From contig OZ176051.1 in assembly GCA_964247055.1 (NCBI GenBank), positions 62,001 through 126,000 of the forward strand: DNA of 64,000 bases, in the 5' to 3' direction. Made by a program: the position numbers and the translations under genes. The stretch is from Paragordius varius. Taxonomy: Eukaryota > Animalia > Nematomorpha. Positions 12,201-27,132 of the stretch are shown piece after piece; position 1 is the stretch's first letter, and the number at the start of each line of letters is the position of its first letter. Under the pieces are notes generated by a model that saw only the letters and a list, made by a program, of their open reading frames with translations, was not told where the DNA came from and made no database searches.

Positions 12201-15200
12201 CTATAATTTTTTTGGGTAGCCCTATGGTAGTTCCATCATCACCCCAAATACTTTGGGGATCGGACTATAAATGTAATTTTTATGAATTTTTTAAATATTT
12301 AAAAAATTTATTTTATACGATTTTAAAAATAAAAATGGCTACCTAAAATCCAAATTTGATCAGGTGATGTCACCATATTTTTTTTTGGGTAGCCCTATGG
12401 TAGTTCCATCATCACCCCAAATATTTTGGGGATCGGACTATAAATGTAATTTTTATGAATTTTTTAAATATTTAAAAAATTTATTTTATACGATTTTAAA
12501 AATAAAAATGGCTACCTAAAATCCAAATTTGATCAGGTGATGTCACTATAATTTTTTTGGGTAGCCCTATGGTAGTTCCATCATCACCCCAAATATTGTC
12601 GAGATCGGAGTATAAATGTAATTTTTTTGAATTTTTTAAATATTTAAAAAATTTATTTTATACGATTTTAAAAATAAAAATGGCTACCTAAAATCCAAAT
12701 TTGATCAGGTGATGTCGCCATAATTTTTTTTGCGTAGCCCTATGGTAGTTTCATCATCACCCCAAATATTTTGGGGATCGGACTATAAATGTAATTTTTG
12801 TGAATTTTTTAAATATTTAAAAAATTTATTTTATACGATTTTAAAAATAAAAATGGCTACCTAAAATCCAAATTTGATCAGGTGATGTCACCATAATTTT
12901 TTTTGGGTAGCCCTATGGTAGTTCCATCATCACCCCAAATATTTTCGAGATCGGAGTATAAATGTAATTTTTATGAATTTTTTAAATATTTAAAAAATTT
13001 ATTTTATACGATTTTAAAAATAAAAATGGCTACCTAAAATCCAAATTTGATCAGGTGATGTCACTATAATTTTTTTGGGTAGCCCTATGGTAGTTCCATC
13101 ATCACCCCAAATATTGTCGAGATCGGAGTATAAATGTAATTTTTATGAATTTTTTAAATATTTAAAAAATTTATTTTATACGATTTTAAAAATAAAAATG
13201 GCTACCTAAAATCCAAATTTGATCAGGTGATGTCACCATAATTTTTTTGGGTAGCCCTATGGTAGTTCCATCATCACCCCAAATATTTTCGAGATCGGAG
13301 TATAAATTTAATTTTTATGAATTTTTTAAATATTTAAAAAATTTATTTTATACGATTTTAAAAATAAAAATGGCTACCTAAAATCCAAATTTGATCAGGT
13401 GATGTCACCATAATTTTTTTTGGGTAGCCCTATGGTAGTTCCATCATCACCCCAAATATTTTCGAGATCGGAGTATAAATGTAATTTTTATGAATTTTTT
13501 AAATATTTAAAAAATTTATTTTATACGATTTTAAAAATAAAAATGGCTACCTAAAATCCAAATTTGATCAGGTGATGTCACCATAATTTCTTTTGGGTAG
13601 CCCTATGGTAGTTCCATCATCACCCCAAATATTGTCGAGATCGGAGTATAAATGTAATTTTATGAATTTTTAAAATATTTAAAAAATTTATTTTATACGA
13701 TTTTAAAAATAAAAATGGCTACCTAAAATCCAAATTTGATCAGGTGAAGCACCCCAAATATTTTGGAGATCGGGCTATAAATGTAATTTTTATGAATTTT
13801 TTAAATATTTAAATTTTATTTTATTCGATTTTAAAAATAAAAATGGCTACCTAAAATCCAAATTTGATCAGGTGATGTCACCATAATTTTTTTGGGTAGC
13901 CCTATGGTAGTTCCATCATCACCCCAAATATTTTCGAGATCGGAGTATAAATTTAATTTTTATGAATTTTTTAAATATTTAAAAAATTTATTTTATACGA
14001 TTTTAAAAATAAAAATGGCTACCTAAAATCCAAATTTGATCAGGTGATGTCACCATAATTTTTTTTGGGTAAACCTATGGTAGTTCCATCATCACCCCAA
14101 ATATTATTGAGATCGGGCTATAAATGTAATTTTTATGAATTTTTTAAATATTTAAAAAATTTATTTTATACGATTTTAAAAATAAAAATGGCTACCTAAA
14201 ATCCAAATTTGATCAGGTGATATCGCCATAATTTTTTTTGGGTAGCCCTATGGTAGTTCCATCCTCACCCCAAATATTTTTGAGATCGGGCTATAAATGT
14301 AATTTTTATGAATTTTTTAAATATTTAAAAAATTTATTTTATACGATTTTAAAAATAAAAATGGCTACCTAAAATACAAATTTGATCCGGTTATGTCACC
14401 ATAATTTTTTTTGGGTAGCCCTATGGTAGTTCCATCATCACCCTAAATATTTTTGAGGGACTATAAATGTAATTTTTATAAATTTTTTAAATATAAAAAA
14501 AAATTATTTTATACGATTTTAATATAAAAATGGCTACCTAAAATCCAAATTTGATCAGGTGATGTCGCCATAATTTTTTTTGGGTAGCCCTATGGTAGTT
14601 CCATCATCACCCCAAATATTTTTGAGATCGGAGTATAAATGTAATTTTTTTGAATTTTTTAAATATTTAAAAAATTTATTTTATACGATTTTAAAAATAA
14701 AAATGGCTACCTATAATCCAAATTTGATCAGGTGATGTCACCATAATTTTTTTTGGGTAGCCCTATGGTAGTTCCATTCTCACCCCAAATATTTTGGGGA
14801 TTGGACTATAAATGTAATTTTTATGAATTTTTTAAATATTTAAAAAATTTATTTTATACGATTTTAAAAAAAATGGCTACCTAAATACCAAATTTGATCA
14901 GGTGATGTCACCATAATTTTTTTTGGGTAGCCCTATGTTAGTTCCATCATCACCCCAAATATTTTCGAGATCGGAGTATAAATGTAATTTTTATGAATTT
15001 TTTAAATATTTAAAAAATTTATTTTATACGATTTTAAAAATAAAAATGGCTACCTAAAATCCAAATTTGATCAGGTGATGTCACCATATTTTTTTTGGGT
15101 AGTTCTATGGTAGTTCCATCATCACCCCAAATATTTTCGAGATCGGAGTATAAATGTAATTTTTATGAATTTTTTAAATATTTAAAAAATTTATTTTATA

Positions 15201-18200
15201 CGATTTTAAAAATAAAAATGGCTACATAAAATCCAAATCAGGTGTCACCATAATTTTTTTTGGGTAGCCCTATGTTAGTTCCATCATCATCCCAAATATT
15301 TTCGAGATCGGAGTATAAATGTAATTTTTATGAATTTTTTAAATATTTAAAAAATTTATTTTATACGATTTTAAAAATAAAAATGGCTACCTAAAATCCA
15401 AATTTGATCAGGTGATGTCACTATAATTTTTTTGGGTAGCCCTATGGTAGTTCCATCATCACCCCAAATATTTTGGGGATCGGAGTATAAATGTAATTTT
15501 TATGAATTTTATTTAAAAAATTTATTTTATACGATTTTAAAAATAAAAATGGCTACCTAAAATCCAAATTTGATCAGGTGATGTCACCATAATTTTTTTT
15601 GGGTAGCCCTATGGTAGTTCCATCATCACCTAAAATATTTTCGAGATCGGAGTATAAATGTAATTTTTATGAATTTTTTAAATATTTAAAAAATTTATTT
15701 TATACGATTTTAAAAATAAAAATGGCTACCTAAAATCCAAATTTGATCAGGTGATGTCGCCATAATTTTTTTTGGGTAGCCCTATGGTAGTTCCATCATC
15801 ACCCCAAATATTTTCGAGATCGGAGTATAAATGTAATTTTTATGAATTTTTTAAATATTAAAAAAATTTATTTTATACGATTTTAAAAATAAAAATGGCT
15901 ACCTAAAATCCAAATTTGATCAGGTGATGTCACCATAATTCTTTTGGGTAGCCCTATGGTAGTTCCATCATCACCCCAAATATTTTCGAGATCGGAGTAT
16001 AAATGTAATTTTTATGAATTTTTTAAATATTTAAAAAATTTATTTTATACGATTTTAAAAATAAAAATGGCTACCTAAAATCCAAATTTGATCAGGTGTC
16101 ACCATAATTTTTTTTGGGTAGCCCTATGTTAGTTCCATCATCACCCCAAATATTTTCGAGATCGGAGTATAAATGTAATTTTTATGAATTTTAAAAAAAT
16201 TTATTTTATACGATTTTAAAAATAAAAATGGCTACCTAAAATCCAAATTTGATCAGGTGATGTCACTATAATTTTTTTGGGTAGCCCTATGGTAGTTCCA
16301 TCATCACCCCAAATATTTTCGAGATCGGAGTATAAATGTAATTTTTATGAATTTTTTAAATATTTAAAAAATTTATTTTATACGATTTTAAAAATAAAAA
16401 TGGCTACCTAAAATCCAAATTTGGTCAGGTGATGTCACTATAATTTTTTTGGGTAGCCCTATGGTAGTTCCATCATCACCCCAAATATTTTCGAGATCGG
16501 AGTATAAATGTAATTTTTATGAATTTTTTAAATATTTAAAAAATTTATTTTATACGATTTTAAAAATAAAAATGGCTACCTAAAATCCAAATTTGATCAG
16601 GTGATGTCACCATAATTCTTTTGGGTAGCCCTATGGTAGTTCCATCATCACCCCAAATATTTTTGAGATCGGAGTATAAATGTAATTTTTATGAATTTTT
16701 TAAATATTTAAAAAATTTATTTTATACGATTTTAAAAATAAAAATGGCTACCTAAAATCCAAATTTGATCAGGAGTCACCATAATTTTTTTTGGGTAGCC
16801 CTATGTTAGTTCCATCATCACCCCAAATATTTTCGAGATCGGAGTATAAATGTAATTTTTATGAATTTTTTAAATATTTAAAAAATTTATTTTATACGAT
16901 TTTAAAAATAAAAATGGCTACCTAAAATCCAAATTTGATCAGGTGATGTCACTATAATTTTTTTGGGTAGCCCTATGGTAGTTCCATCATCACCCCAAAT
17001 ATTTTGGGGATCGGTTTATGAATTTTTTAAATATTTAAAAAATTTATTTTAGACGATTTTAAAAATAAAAATAGCTACCTAAAATCCAAATTTGATCAGG
17101 TGATGTCACTATATTTTTTTTGGGTAGCCCTATGGTAGTTCCATTATCACCCCAAATATTTTCGAGATCGGAGTATAAATGTAATTTTTATGAATTTTTT
17201 AAATATTTAAAAAAATTATTTTATACGATTTTAAAAATAAAAATGGCTACCTAAAATCCAAATTTGATCAGGTGATGTCACCATAATTTTTTTTGGGTAG
17301 CCCTATGGTAGTTCCATCATCACCCCAAATATTTTCGAGATCGGAGTATAAATGTAATTTTTATGAATTTTTTAAATATTTAAAAAATTTATTTTATACG
17401 ATTTTAAAAATAAAAATGGCTACCTAAAATCCAAATTTGATCAGGTGATGTCACCATAATTTTTTTTGGGTAGCCCTATAGTAGTTCCATCATCACCCCA
17501 AATATTTTCGAGATCGGAGTATAAATGTAATTTTTATGAATTTTTTAAATATTTAAAAAATTTATTTTATACGATTTTAAAAATAAAAATGGCTACCTAA
17601 AATCCAAATTTGATCAGGTGATGTCGCCATAATTTTTTTTGCGTTGCCCTATGGTAGTTCCATCATCACCCCAAATATTGTCGAGATCGGAGTATAAATG
17701 TAATTTTTTTGAATTTTTTAAATATTTAAAAAATTTATTTTATACGATTTTAAAAACAAAAATGGCTACCTAAAATCTAAATTTGATCAGGTGATGTCAC
17801 CATAATTTTTTTTGGGTAGCCCTATGGTAGTTCCATCATCACCCCAAATATTTTGGAGATCGGGCTATAAATGTAAATTTTATGAATTTTTTAAATATTT
17901 AAAAAATTTATTTTATACGATTTTAAAAATAAAAATGGCTACCTAAAATCCAAATTTGATCAGGTGATGTCACCATAATTTTTTTTGGGTAGCCCTATGG
18001 TAGTTCATCATCACCCAAAATATTTTCGAGATCGGAGTATAAATGTAATTTTTATGAATTTTTTAAATATTTAAAAAATTTATTTTATACGATTTTAAAA
18101 ATAAAAATGGCTACCTAAAATCCAAATTTGCTCAGGTGATGTCACCATAATTTTTTTTGGGTAGCCCTATGCTAGTTCCATCATCACCCCAAATATTTTG

Positions 18201-21200
18201 GGGATCGGACTATAAATGTAATTTTTATGAATTTTTTAAATATTTAAAAAATTTATTTTATACGATTTTAAAAATAAAAATGGCTACCTAAAATCCAAAT
18301 TTGATCAGGGATGTCACCATAATTTTTTTTGGGTAGCCCTATGGTAGTTCCATCATCAACTTAAATATTTTCGAGATCGGAGTATAAATGTAATTTTTAT
18401 GAATTTTTTAAATATTTAAAAAATTTATTTTATACGATTTTAAAAATAAAAATGGCTACCTAAAATCCAAATTTGATCAGGTGATGTCACCATAATTTTT
18501 CTTGGGTAGCCCTATAGTAGTTCCATCATCACCCCACATATTTTCGAGATCGGAGTATAAATGTAATTTTTATGAATTTTTTAAATATTTAAAAAATTTA
18601 TTTTTTAGGATTTTAAAAATAAAAATGCCTGCCTAAAATCCAAATTTGATCAGGTGATGTCACTATAATTTTTTTGGGTAGCCCTATGGTAGTTCCATCA
18701 TCACCCCAAATATTTTGGGGATCGGACTATAAATGTAATTTTTATGAATTTTTTAAATATTTAAAAAATTTATTTTATACGATTTTAAAAATAAAAATGG
18801 CTACCTAAAATCCAAATTTGATCAGGTGATGTCACCATAATTTTTTTTGGGTAGCCCTATGGTAGTTCCATCATCACCCCAAATATTTTCGAGATCGGAG
18901 TATAAATGTAATTTTTATGAATTTTTTAAATATTTAAAAAATTTATTTTATACGATTTTAAAAATAAAAATGGCTACCTAAAATCCAAATTTGATCAGGT
19001 GATGTCACCATAATTTTTTGTGGGTAGCCCTATGGTAGTTCCATCATCACCCCAAATATTTTCGAGATCGGAGTATAAATGTAATTTTTATGAATTTTTT
19101 AAATATTTAAAAAATTTATTTTATACGATTTTAAAAATAAAAATGGCTACCTAAAATCCAAATTTGATCAGGTGATGTCACTATAATTTTTTTGGGTAGC
19201 CCTATGGTAGTTCCATCATCACCCCAAATATTTTCGAGATCGGAGTATAAATGTAATTTTTATAAATTTTTTAAATATTTAAAAAATTTATTTTATACGA
19301 TTTTAAAAATAAAAATGGCTACCTAAAATCCAAATTTGATCAGGTGATGTCACCATAATTCTTTTGGGTAGCCCTATGGTAGTTCCATCATCACCCCAAA
19401 TATTTTTGAGATCGGAGTATAAATGTAATTTTTATGAATTTTTTAAATATTTAAAAAATTTATTTTAGACGATTTTAAAAATAAAAATGGCTACCTAAAA
19501 TCCAAATTTGATCAGGTGATGTCACTATAATTTTTTTGGGTAGCCCTATGGTAGTTCCATCATCACCCCAAATATTTTCGAGATCGGAGTATAAATGTAA
19601 TTTTTATGAATTTTTTAAATATTTAAAAAATTTATTTTATACGATTTTAAAAATAAAAATGGCTACCTAAAATCCAAATTTGATCAGGTGATGTCACTAT
19701 AATTTTTTTGGGTAGCCCTATGGTAGTTCCATCATCACCCCAAATACTTTTCGGAGTATAAATGTAATTTTTATGAATTTTTTAAATATTTAAAAAATTT
19801 ATTTTATACGATTTTAAAAATAAAAATGGCTACCTAAAATCCAAATTTGATCAGGTGATGTCACCATATTTATTTTTGGGTAGCCCTATGGTAGTTCCAT
19901 CATCACCTCAAATATTGTCGAGATCGGAGTATAAATGTAATTTTTTTGAATTTTTTAAATATTTAAAAAATTTATTTTATACGATTTTAAAAATAAAAAT
20001 GGCTACCTAAAATCCAAATTTGATCATGTGATGTCACCATAATTTTTTTTGGGTAGCCCTATGGTAGTTCCATCATCACCCCAAATATTTTCGAGATCGG
20101 AGTATAAATGTAATTTTTATGAATTTTTTAAATATATAAAAAATTTATTTTATACGATTTTAAAAATAAAAATGGCTACCTAAAATCCAAATTTGATCAG
20201 GTGATGTCACCATAATTTTTTTTGGGTAGCCCTATGGTAGTTCCATCATCACCCCAAATATTTTCGAGATCGGAGTATAAATGTAATTTTTATGAATTTT
20301 TTAAATATTTATAAAATTTATTTTATACGATTTTAAAAATAAAAATGGCTACCTAAAATCCAAATTTGATCAGGTGATGTCACCATATTTTTTTTTGGGT
20401 AGCCCTATGGTAGTTCCATCATCACCCCAAATATTTTGGGGATCGGACTATAAATGTAATTTTTATGAATTTTTTAAATATTTAAAAAATTTATTTTATA
20501 CGATTTTAAAAATAAAAATGGCTACCTAAAATCCAAATTTGATCAGGTGATGTCACTATAATTTTTTTGGGTAGCCCTATGGTAGTTCCATCATCACCCC
20601 AAATATTGTCGAGATCGGAGTATAAATGTAATTTTTTTGAATTTTTTAAATATTTAAAAAATTTATTTTATACGATTTTAAAAATAAAAATGGCTACCTA
20701 AAATCCAAATTTGATCAGGTGATGTCGCCATAATTTTTTTTGCGTAGCCCTATGGTAGTTTCATCATCACCCCAAATATTTTGGGGATCGGACTATAAAT
20801 GTAATTTTTGTGAATTTTTTAAATATTTAAAAAATTTATTTTATACGATTTTAAAAATAAAAATGGCTACCTAAAATCCAAATTTGATCAGGTGATGTCA
20901 CCATAATTTTTTTTGGGTAGCCCTATGGTAGTTCCATCATCACCCCAAATATTTTCGAGATCGGAGTATAAATGTAATTTTTATGAATTTTTTAAATATT
21001 TAAAAAATTTATTTTATACGATTTTAAAAATAAAAATGGCTACCTAAAATCCAAATTTGATCAGGTGATGTCACTATAATTTTTTTGGGTAGCCCTATGG
21101 TAGTTCCATCATCACCCCAAATATTGTCGAGATCGGAGTATAAATGTAATTTTTATGAATTTTTTAAATATTTAAAAAATTTATTTTATACGATTTTAAA

Positions 21201-21224
21201 AATAAAAATGGCTACCTAAAATCC

Positions 21225-22518
21225 AAATTTGATCAGGTGATGTCACCATAATTTTTTTGGGTAGCCCTATGGTAGTTCCATCATCACCCCAAATATTTTC
21301 GAGATCGGAGTATAAATTTAATTTTTATGAATTTTTTAAATATTTAAAAAATTTATTTTATACGATTTTAAAAATAAAAATGGCTACCTAAAATCCAAAT
21401 TTGATCAGGTGATGTCACCATAATTTTTTTTGGGTAGCCCTATGGTAGTTCCATCATCACCCCAAATATTTTCGAGATCGGAGTATAAATGTAATTTTTA
21501 TGAATTTTTTAAATATTTAAAAAATTTATTTTATACGATTTTAAAAATAAAAATGGCTACCTAAAATCCAAATTTGATCAGGTGATGTCACCATAATTTC
21601 TTTTGGGTAGCCCTATGGTAGTTCCATCATCACCCCAAATATTGTCGAGATCGGAGTATAAATGTAATTTTATGAATTTTTAAAATATTTAAAAAATTTA
21701 TTTTATACGATTTTAAAAATAAAAATGGCTATATAAAATCCAAATTTGATCAGGTGAAGCACCCCAAATATTTTGGAGATCGGGCTATAAATGTAATTTT
21801 TATGAATTTTTTAAATATTTAAAAAATTTATTTTATACGATTTTAAAATTAAAAATGGCTACCTAAAATCCAAATTTGATCAGGTGATGTCACCATAATT
21901 TTTTTGGGTAGCCCTATGGTAGTTCCATCATCACCCCAAATATTTTCGAGATCGGAGTATAAATTTAATTTTTATGAATTTTTTAAATATTTAAAAAATT
22001 TATTTTATACGATTTTAAAAATAAAAATGGCTACCTAAAATCCAAATTTGATCAGGTGATGTCACCATAATTTTTTTTGGGTAGCCCTATGGTAGTTCCA
22101 TCATCACCCCAAATATTTTCGAGATCGGAGTATAAATGTAATTTTTATGAATTTTTTAAATATTTAAAAAATTTATTTTATACGATTTTAAAAATAAAAA
22201 TGGCTACCTAAAATCCAAATTTGATCAGGTGATGTCACCATAATTTCTTTTGGGTAGCCCTATGGTAGTTCCATCATCACCCCAAATATTGTCGAGATCG
22301 GAGTATAAATGTAATTTTATGAATTTTTAAAATATTTAAAAAATTTATTTTATACGATTTTAAAAATAAAAATGGCTACCTAAAATCCAAATTTGATCAG
22401 GTGAAGCACCCCAAATATTTTGGAGATCGGGCTATAAATGTAATTTTTATGAATTTTTTAAATATTTAAAAAATTTATTTTATACGATTTTAAAAATAAA
22501 AATGGCTACCTAAAATCC
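21225..22518 (+). repeat. Tandem duplication of a 4-mer ending in the 130-bp (net 43-bp deletion) monomer
   Basis: The order T7+AAATTTAA / consensus / ATTTCTTTT+TTGTCG / GGTGAAGCACC occurs at 21225-21871 and 21872-22518, and also at ~13213 and 25454. Confidence 0.88.
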
Positions 22519-25500
22519 AAATTTGATCAGGTGATGTCGCCATAATTTTTTTTGGGTAGCCCTATAGTAGTTCCATCATCACCCCAAATATTTTCGAGAT
22601 CGGAGTATAAATGTAATTTTTATGAATTTTTTAAATATTTAAAAAATTTATTTTATTAGATTTTAAAAATAAAAATGGCTACCTAAAATCCAAATTTGAT
22701 CAGGTGATGTCACCATAATTTTTTTTGGGTAGCCCTATGGTAGTTCCATCATCACCCCAAATATTTTGGGGATCGGACTATAAATGTAATTTTTATGAAT
22801 TTTTTAAATATTTAAAAAATTTATTTTATACGATTTTAAAAATAAAAATGGCTACCTAAAATCCAAATTTGATCAGCTGATGACGCCATAATTTTTTTTG
22901 GGTAGCCCTATGGTAGTTCCATCATCACCCCAAATATTTTCGAGATCGGAGTATAAATGTAATTTTTATGAATTTTTTAAATATTTAAAAAATTTATTTT
23001 ATACGATTTTAAAAATAAAAATGGCTACCTAAAATCCAAATTTGATCAGGTGATGTCACCATAATTTCTTTTGGGTAGCCCTATGGTAGTTCCATCATCA
23101 CCCCAAATATTGTCGAGATCGGAGTATAAATGTAATTTTTTTGAATTTTTTAAATATTTAAAAAATTTATTTTATACGATTTTAAAAATAAAAATGGCTA
23201 CTTAAAATCCAAATTTGATCAGGTGATGTCACCATAATTTTTTTTGGGTAGCCCTATGGTAGTTCCACCCCAAATATTTTCGAGATCGGAGTATAAATGT
23301 AATTTTTATGAATTTTTTAAATATTTAAAAAATTTATTTTATACGATTTTAAAAATAAAAATGGCTACCTAAAATCCAAATTTGATCAGGTGATGTCACC
23401 ATAATTTTTTTTGGGTAGCCCTATGGTAGTTCCATCATCACCCCAAATATTTTGGGGATCGGACTATAAATGTAATTTTTATGAATTTTTTAAATATTTA
23501 AAAAATTTATTTTATACGATTTTAAAAATAAAAATGGCTACCTAAAATCCAAATTTGATCAGGTGATGTCGCCATAATTTTTTTTGGGTAGCCCTATAGT
23601 AGTTCCATCATCACCCCAAATATTTTCGAGATCGGAGTATAAATGTAATTTTTATGAATTTTTTAAATATTTAAAAAATTTATTTTATACGATTTTAAAA
23701 ATAAAAATGGCTACCTAAAATCCAAATTTGATCAGGTGATGTCACCATAATTTCTTTTGGGTAGCCCTATGGTAGTTCCATCATCACCCCAAATATTGTC
23801 GAGATCGGAGTATAAATGTAATTTTTTTGAATTTTTTAAATATTTTAAAAATTTATTTTATACGATTTTAAAAATAAAAATGGCTACCTAAAATCCAAAT
23901 TTGATCAGGTGATGTCACCATAATTTTTTTTGGGTAGCCCTATGGTAGTTCCATCATCACCCCAAATATTTTCGAGATCGGAGTATAAATGTAATTTTTT
24001 TGAATTTTTGAAATATTTAAAAAATTTATTTTATACGATTTTAAAAATAAAAATGGCTACCTAAAATCCAAATTTGATCAGGTGATGTCGTCATAATTTT
24101 TTTTTGGTAGCCCTATGGTAGTTCCATCATAACCCCAAATATTTTTGAGATCGGACTTTAAATGTAATTTTTATGAATTTTTTAAATATTTAAAAAATTT
24201 ATTTTATACGATTTTAAAAATAAAAATGGCTACCTAAAATCCAAATTTGATCAGGTGATGTCACCATAATTTCTTTTGGGTAGCCCTATGGTAGTTCCAT
24301 CATCACCCCAAATATTGTCGAGATCGGAGTATAAATGTAATTTTTTTGAATTTTTTAAATATTTAAAAAATTTATTTTATACGATTTTAAAAATAAAAAT
24401 GGCTACCTAAAATCCAAATTTGATCAGGTGATGTCACCATAATTTTTTTTGGGTAGCCCTATGGTAGTTCCATCATCACCCCAAATATTTTCGAGATCGG
24501 AGTATAAATGTAATTTTTATGAATTTTTTAAATATTTAAAAAATTTATTTTATACGATTTTAAAAATAAAAATGGCTACCTAAAATCCAAATTTGATCAG
24601 GTGATGTCACCATAATTTTTTTTGGGTAGCCCTATGGTAGTTCCATCATCACCCCAAATATTTTGGGGATCGGACTATAAATGTAATTTTTATGAATTTT
24701 TTAAATATTTAAAAAATTTATTTTATACGATTTTAAAAATAAAAATGGCTACCTAAAATCCAAATTTGATCAGGTGATGTCGCCATAATTTTTTTTGGGT
24801 AGCCCTATAGTAGTTCCATCATCACCCCAAATATTTTCGAGATCGGAGTATAAATGTAATTTTTATGAATTTTTTAAATATTTAAAAAATTTATTTTATA
24901 GGATTTTAAAAATAAAAATGGCTACCTAAAATCCAAATTTGATCAGGTGATGTCACCATAATTTCTTTTGGGTAGCCCTATGGTAGTTCCATCATCACCC
25001 CAAATATTGTCGAGATCGGAGTATAAATGTAATTTTTTTGAATTTTTTAAATATTTTAAAAATTTATTTTATACGATTTTAAAAATAAAAATGGCTACCT
25101 AAAATCCAAATTTGATCAGGTGATGTCACCATAATTTTTTTTGGGTAGCCCTATGGTAGTTCCATCATCACCCCAAATATTTTCGAGATCGGAGTATAAA
25201 TGTAATTTTTTTGAATTTTTGAAATATTTAAAAAATTTATTTTATACGATTTTAAAAATAAAAATGGCTACCTAAAATCCAAATTTGATCAGGTGATGTC
25301 GTCATAATTTTTTTTTGGTAGCCCTATGGTAGTTCCATCATAACCCCAAATATTTTTGAGATCGGACTTTAAATGTAATTTTTATGAATTTTTTAAATAT
25401 TTAAAAAATTTATTTTATACGATTTTAAAAATAAAAATGGCTACCTAAAATCCAAATTTGATCAGGTGATGTCACCATAATTTTTTTGGGTAGCCCTATG

Positions 25501-27132
25501 GTAGTTCCATCATCACCCCAAATATTTTCGAGATCGGAGTATAAATTTAATTTTTATGAATTTTTTAAATATTTAAAAAATTTATTTTATACGATTTTAA
25601 AAATAAAAATGGCTACCTAAAATCCAAATTTGATCAGGTGATGTCACCATAATTTTTTTTGGGTAGCCCTATGGTAGTTCCATCATCACCCCAAATATTT
25701 TCGAGATCGGAGTATAAATGTAATTTTTATGAATTTTTTAAATATTTAAAAAATTTATTTTATACGATTTTAAAAATAAAAATGGCTACCTAAAATCCAA
25801 ATTTGATCAGGTGATGTCACCATAATTTCTTTTGGGTAGCCCTATGGTAGTTCCATCATCACCCCAAATATTGTCGAGATCGGAGTATAAATGTAATTTT
25901 ATGAATTTTTAAAATATTTAAAAAATTTATTTTATACGATTTTAAAAATAAAAATGGCTACCTAAAATCCAAATTTGATCAGGTGAAGCACCCCAAATAT
26001 TTTTGAGATCGGGCTATAAATGTAATTTTTATGAATTTTTTAAATATTTAAAAAATTTATTTTATACGATTTTAAAAATAAAAATGGCTACCTAAAATCC
26101 AAATTTGATCAGGTGATGTCGCCATAATTTTTTTTGGGTAGCCCTATAGTAGTTCCATCATCACCCCAAATATTTTCGAGATCGGAGTATAAATGTAATT
26201 TTTATGAATTTTTTAAATATTTAAAAAATTATTTTATACGATTTTAAAAATAAAAATGGCTACCTAAAATCCAAATTTGATCAGGTGATGTCACCATAAT
26301 TTTTTTTGGGTAGCCCTATGGTAGTTCCATCATCACCCCAAATATTTTGGGGATCGGACTATAAATGTAATTTTTATGAATTTTTTAAATATTTAAAAAA
26401 TTTATTTTATACGATTTTAAAAATAAAAATGGCTACCTAAAATCCAAATTTGATCAGGTGATGACGCCATAATTTTTTTTGGGTAGCCCTATGGTAGTTC
26501 CATCATCACCCCAAATATTTTCGAGATCGGAGTATAAATGTAATTTTTATGAATTTTTTAAATATTTAAAAAATTTATTTTATACGATTTTAAAAATAAA
26601 AATGGCTACCTAAAATCCAAATTTGATCAGGTGATGTCACCATAATTTCTTTTGGGTAGCCCTATGGTAGTTCCATCATCACCCCAAATATTGTCGAGAT
26701 CGGAGTATAAATGTAATTTTTTTGAATTTTTTAAATATTTAAAAAATTTATTTTATACGATTTTAAAAATAAAAATGGCTACCTAAAATCCAAATTTGAT
26801 CAGGTGATGTCACCATAATTTTTTTTGGGTAGCCCTATGGTAGTTCCATCATCACCCCAAATATTTTCGAGATCGGAGTATAAATGTAATTTTTATGAAT
26901 TTTTTAAATATTTAAAAAATTTTTTATACGATTTTAAAAATAAAAATGGCTACCTAAAATCCAAATTTGATCAGGTGATGTCACCATAATTTTTTTTGGG
27001 TAGCCCTATGGTAGTTCCATCATCACCCCAAATATTTTGGGGATCGGACTATAAATGTAATTTTTATGAATTTTTTAAATATTTAAAAAATTTTTTTTAT
27101 ACGATTTTAATAAAAATGGCTACCTAAAATCC
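21872..27132 (+). repeat. 21-monomer-offset duplication (3582 bp) with a nested 7-mer (1211 bp)
   Basis: Monomer order from 21872 recurs from 25454 for about 8-10 monomers. The ATTTCTTTT+TATTTTAAAA / TTTTTGAAA / GTCGTC+CATAACC triplet starts at 23724 and 24935. Confidence 0.8.

Larger units (their letters stand above)
5840..22043 (+). repeat. ~8-kb (~48-monomer) tandem segmental duplication: copy 1 5840-14031, copy 2 14032-22043
   Basis: A long ordered series of rare alleles is repeated at an offset of ~8.19 kb, then ~8.70 kb, then ~8.01 kb. Examples: TATTATTGAG, CCATTCTC, GTAGTTCTA, TTTGGTCAGG (8231/16418), CAGGAGTC, the 15-bp deletion, TTTGCTCAGG, CAACTTAAA and the 43-bp deletion. Confidence 0.93.

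Noticed and set aside
5840-14031. Duplication offset of exactly 8192 (2^13) bp as a computational artefact
   Set aside because: The copies differ by many SNPs and indels, and the offset drifts (8192, 8187, ~8704, ~8010), so the value is coincidental.
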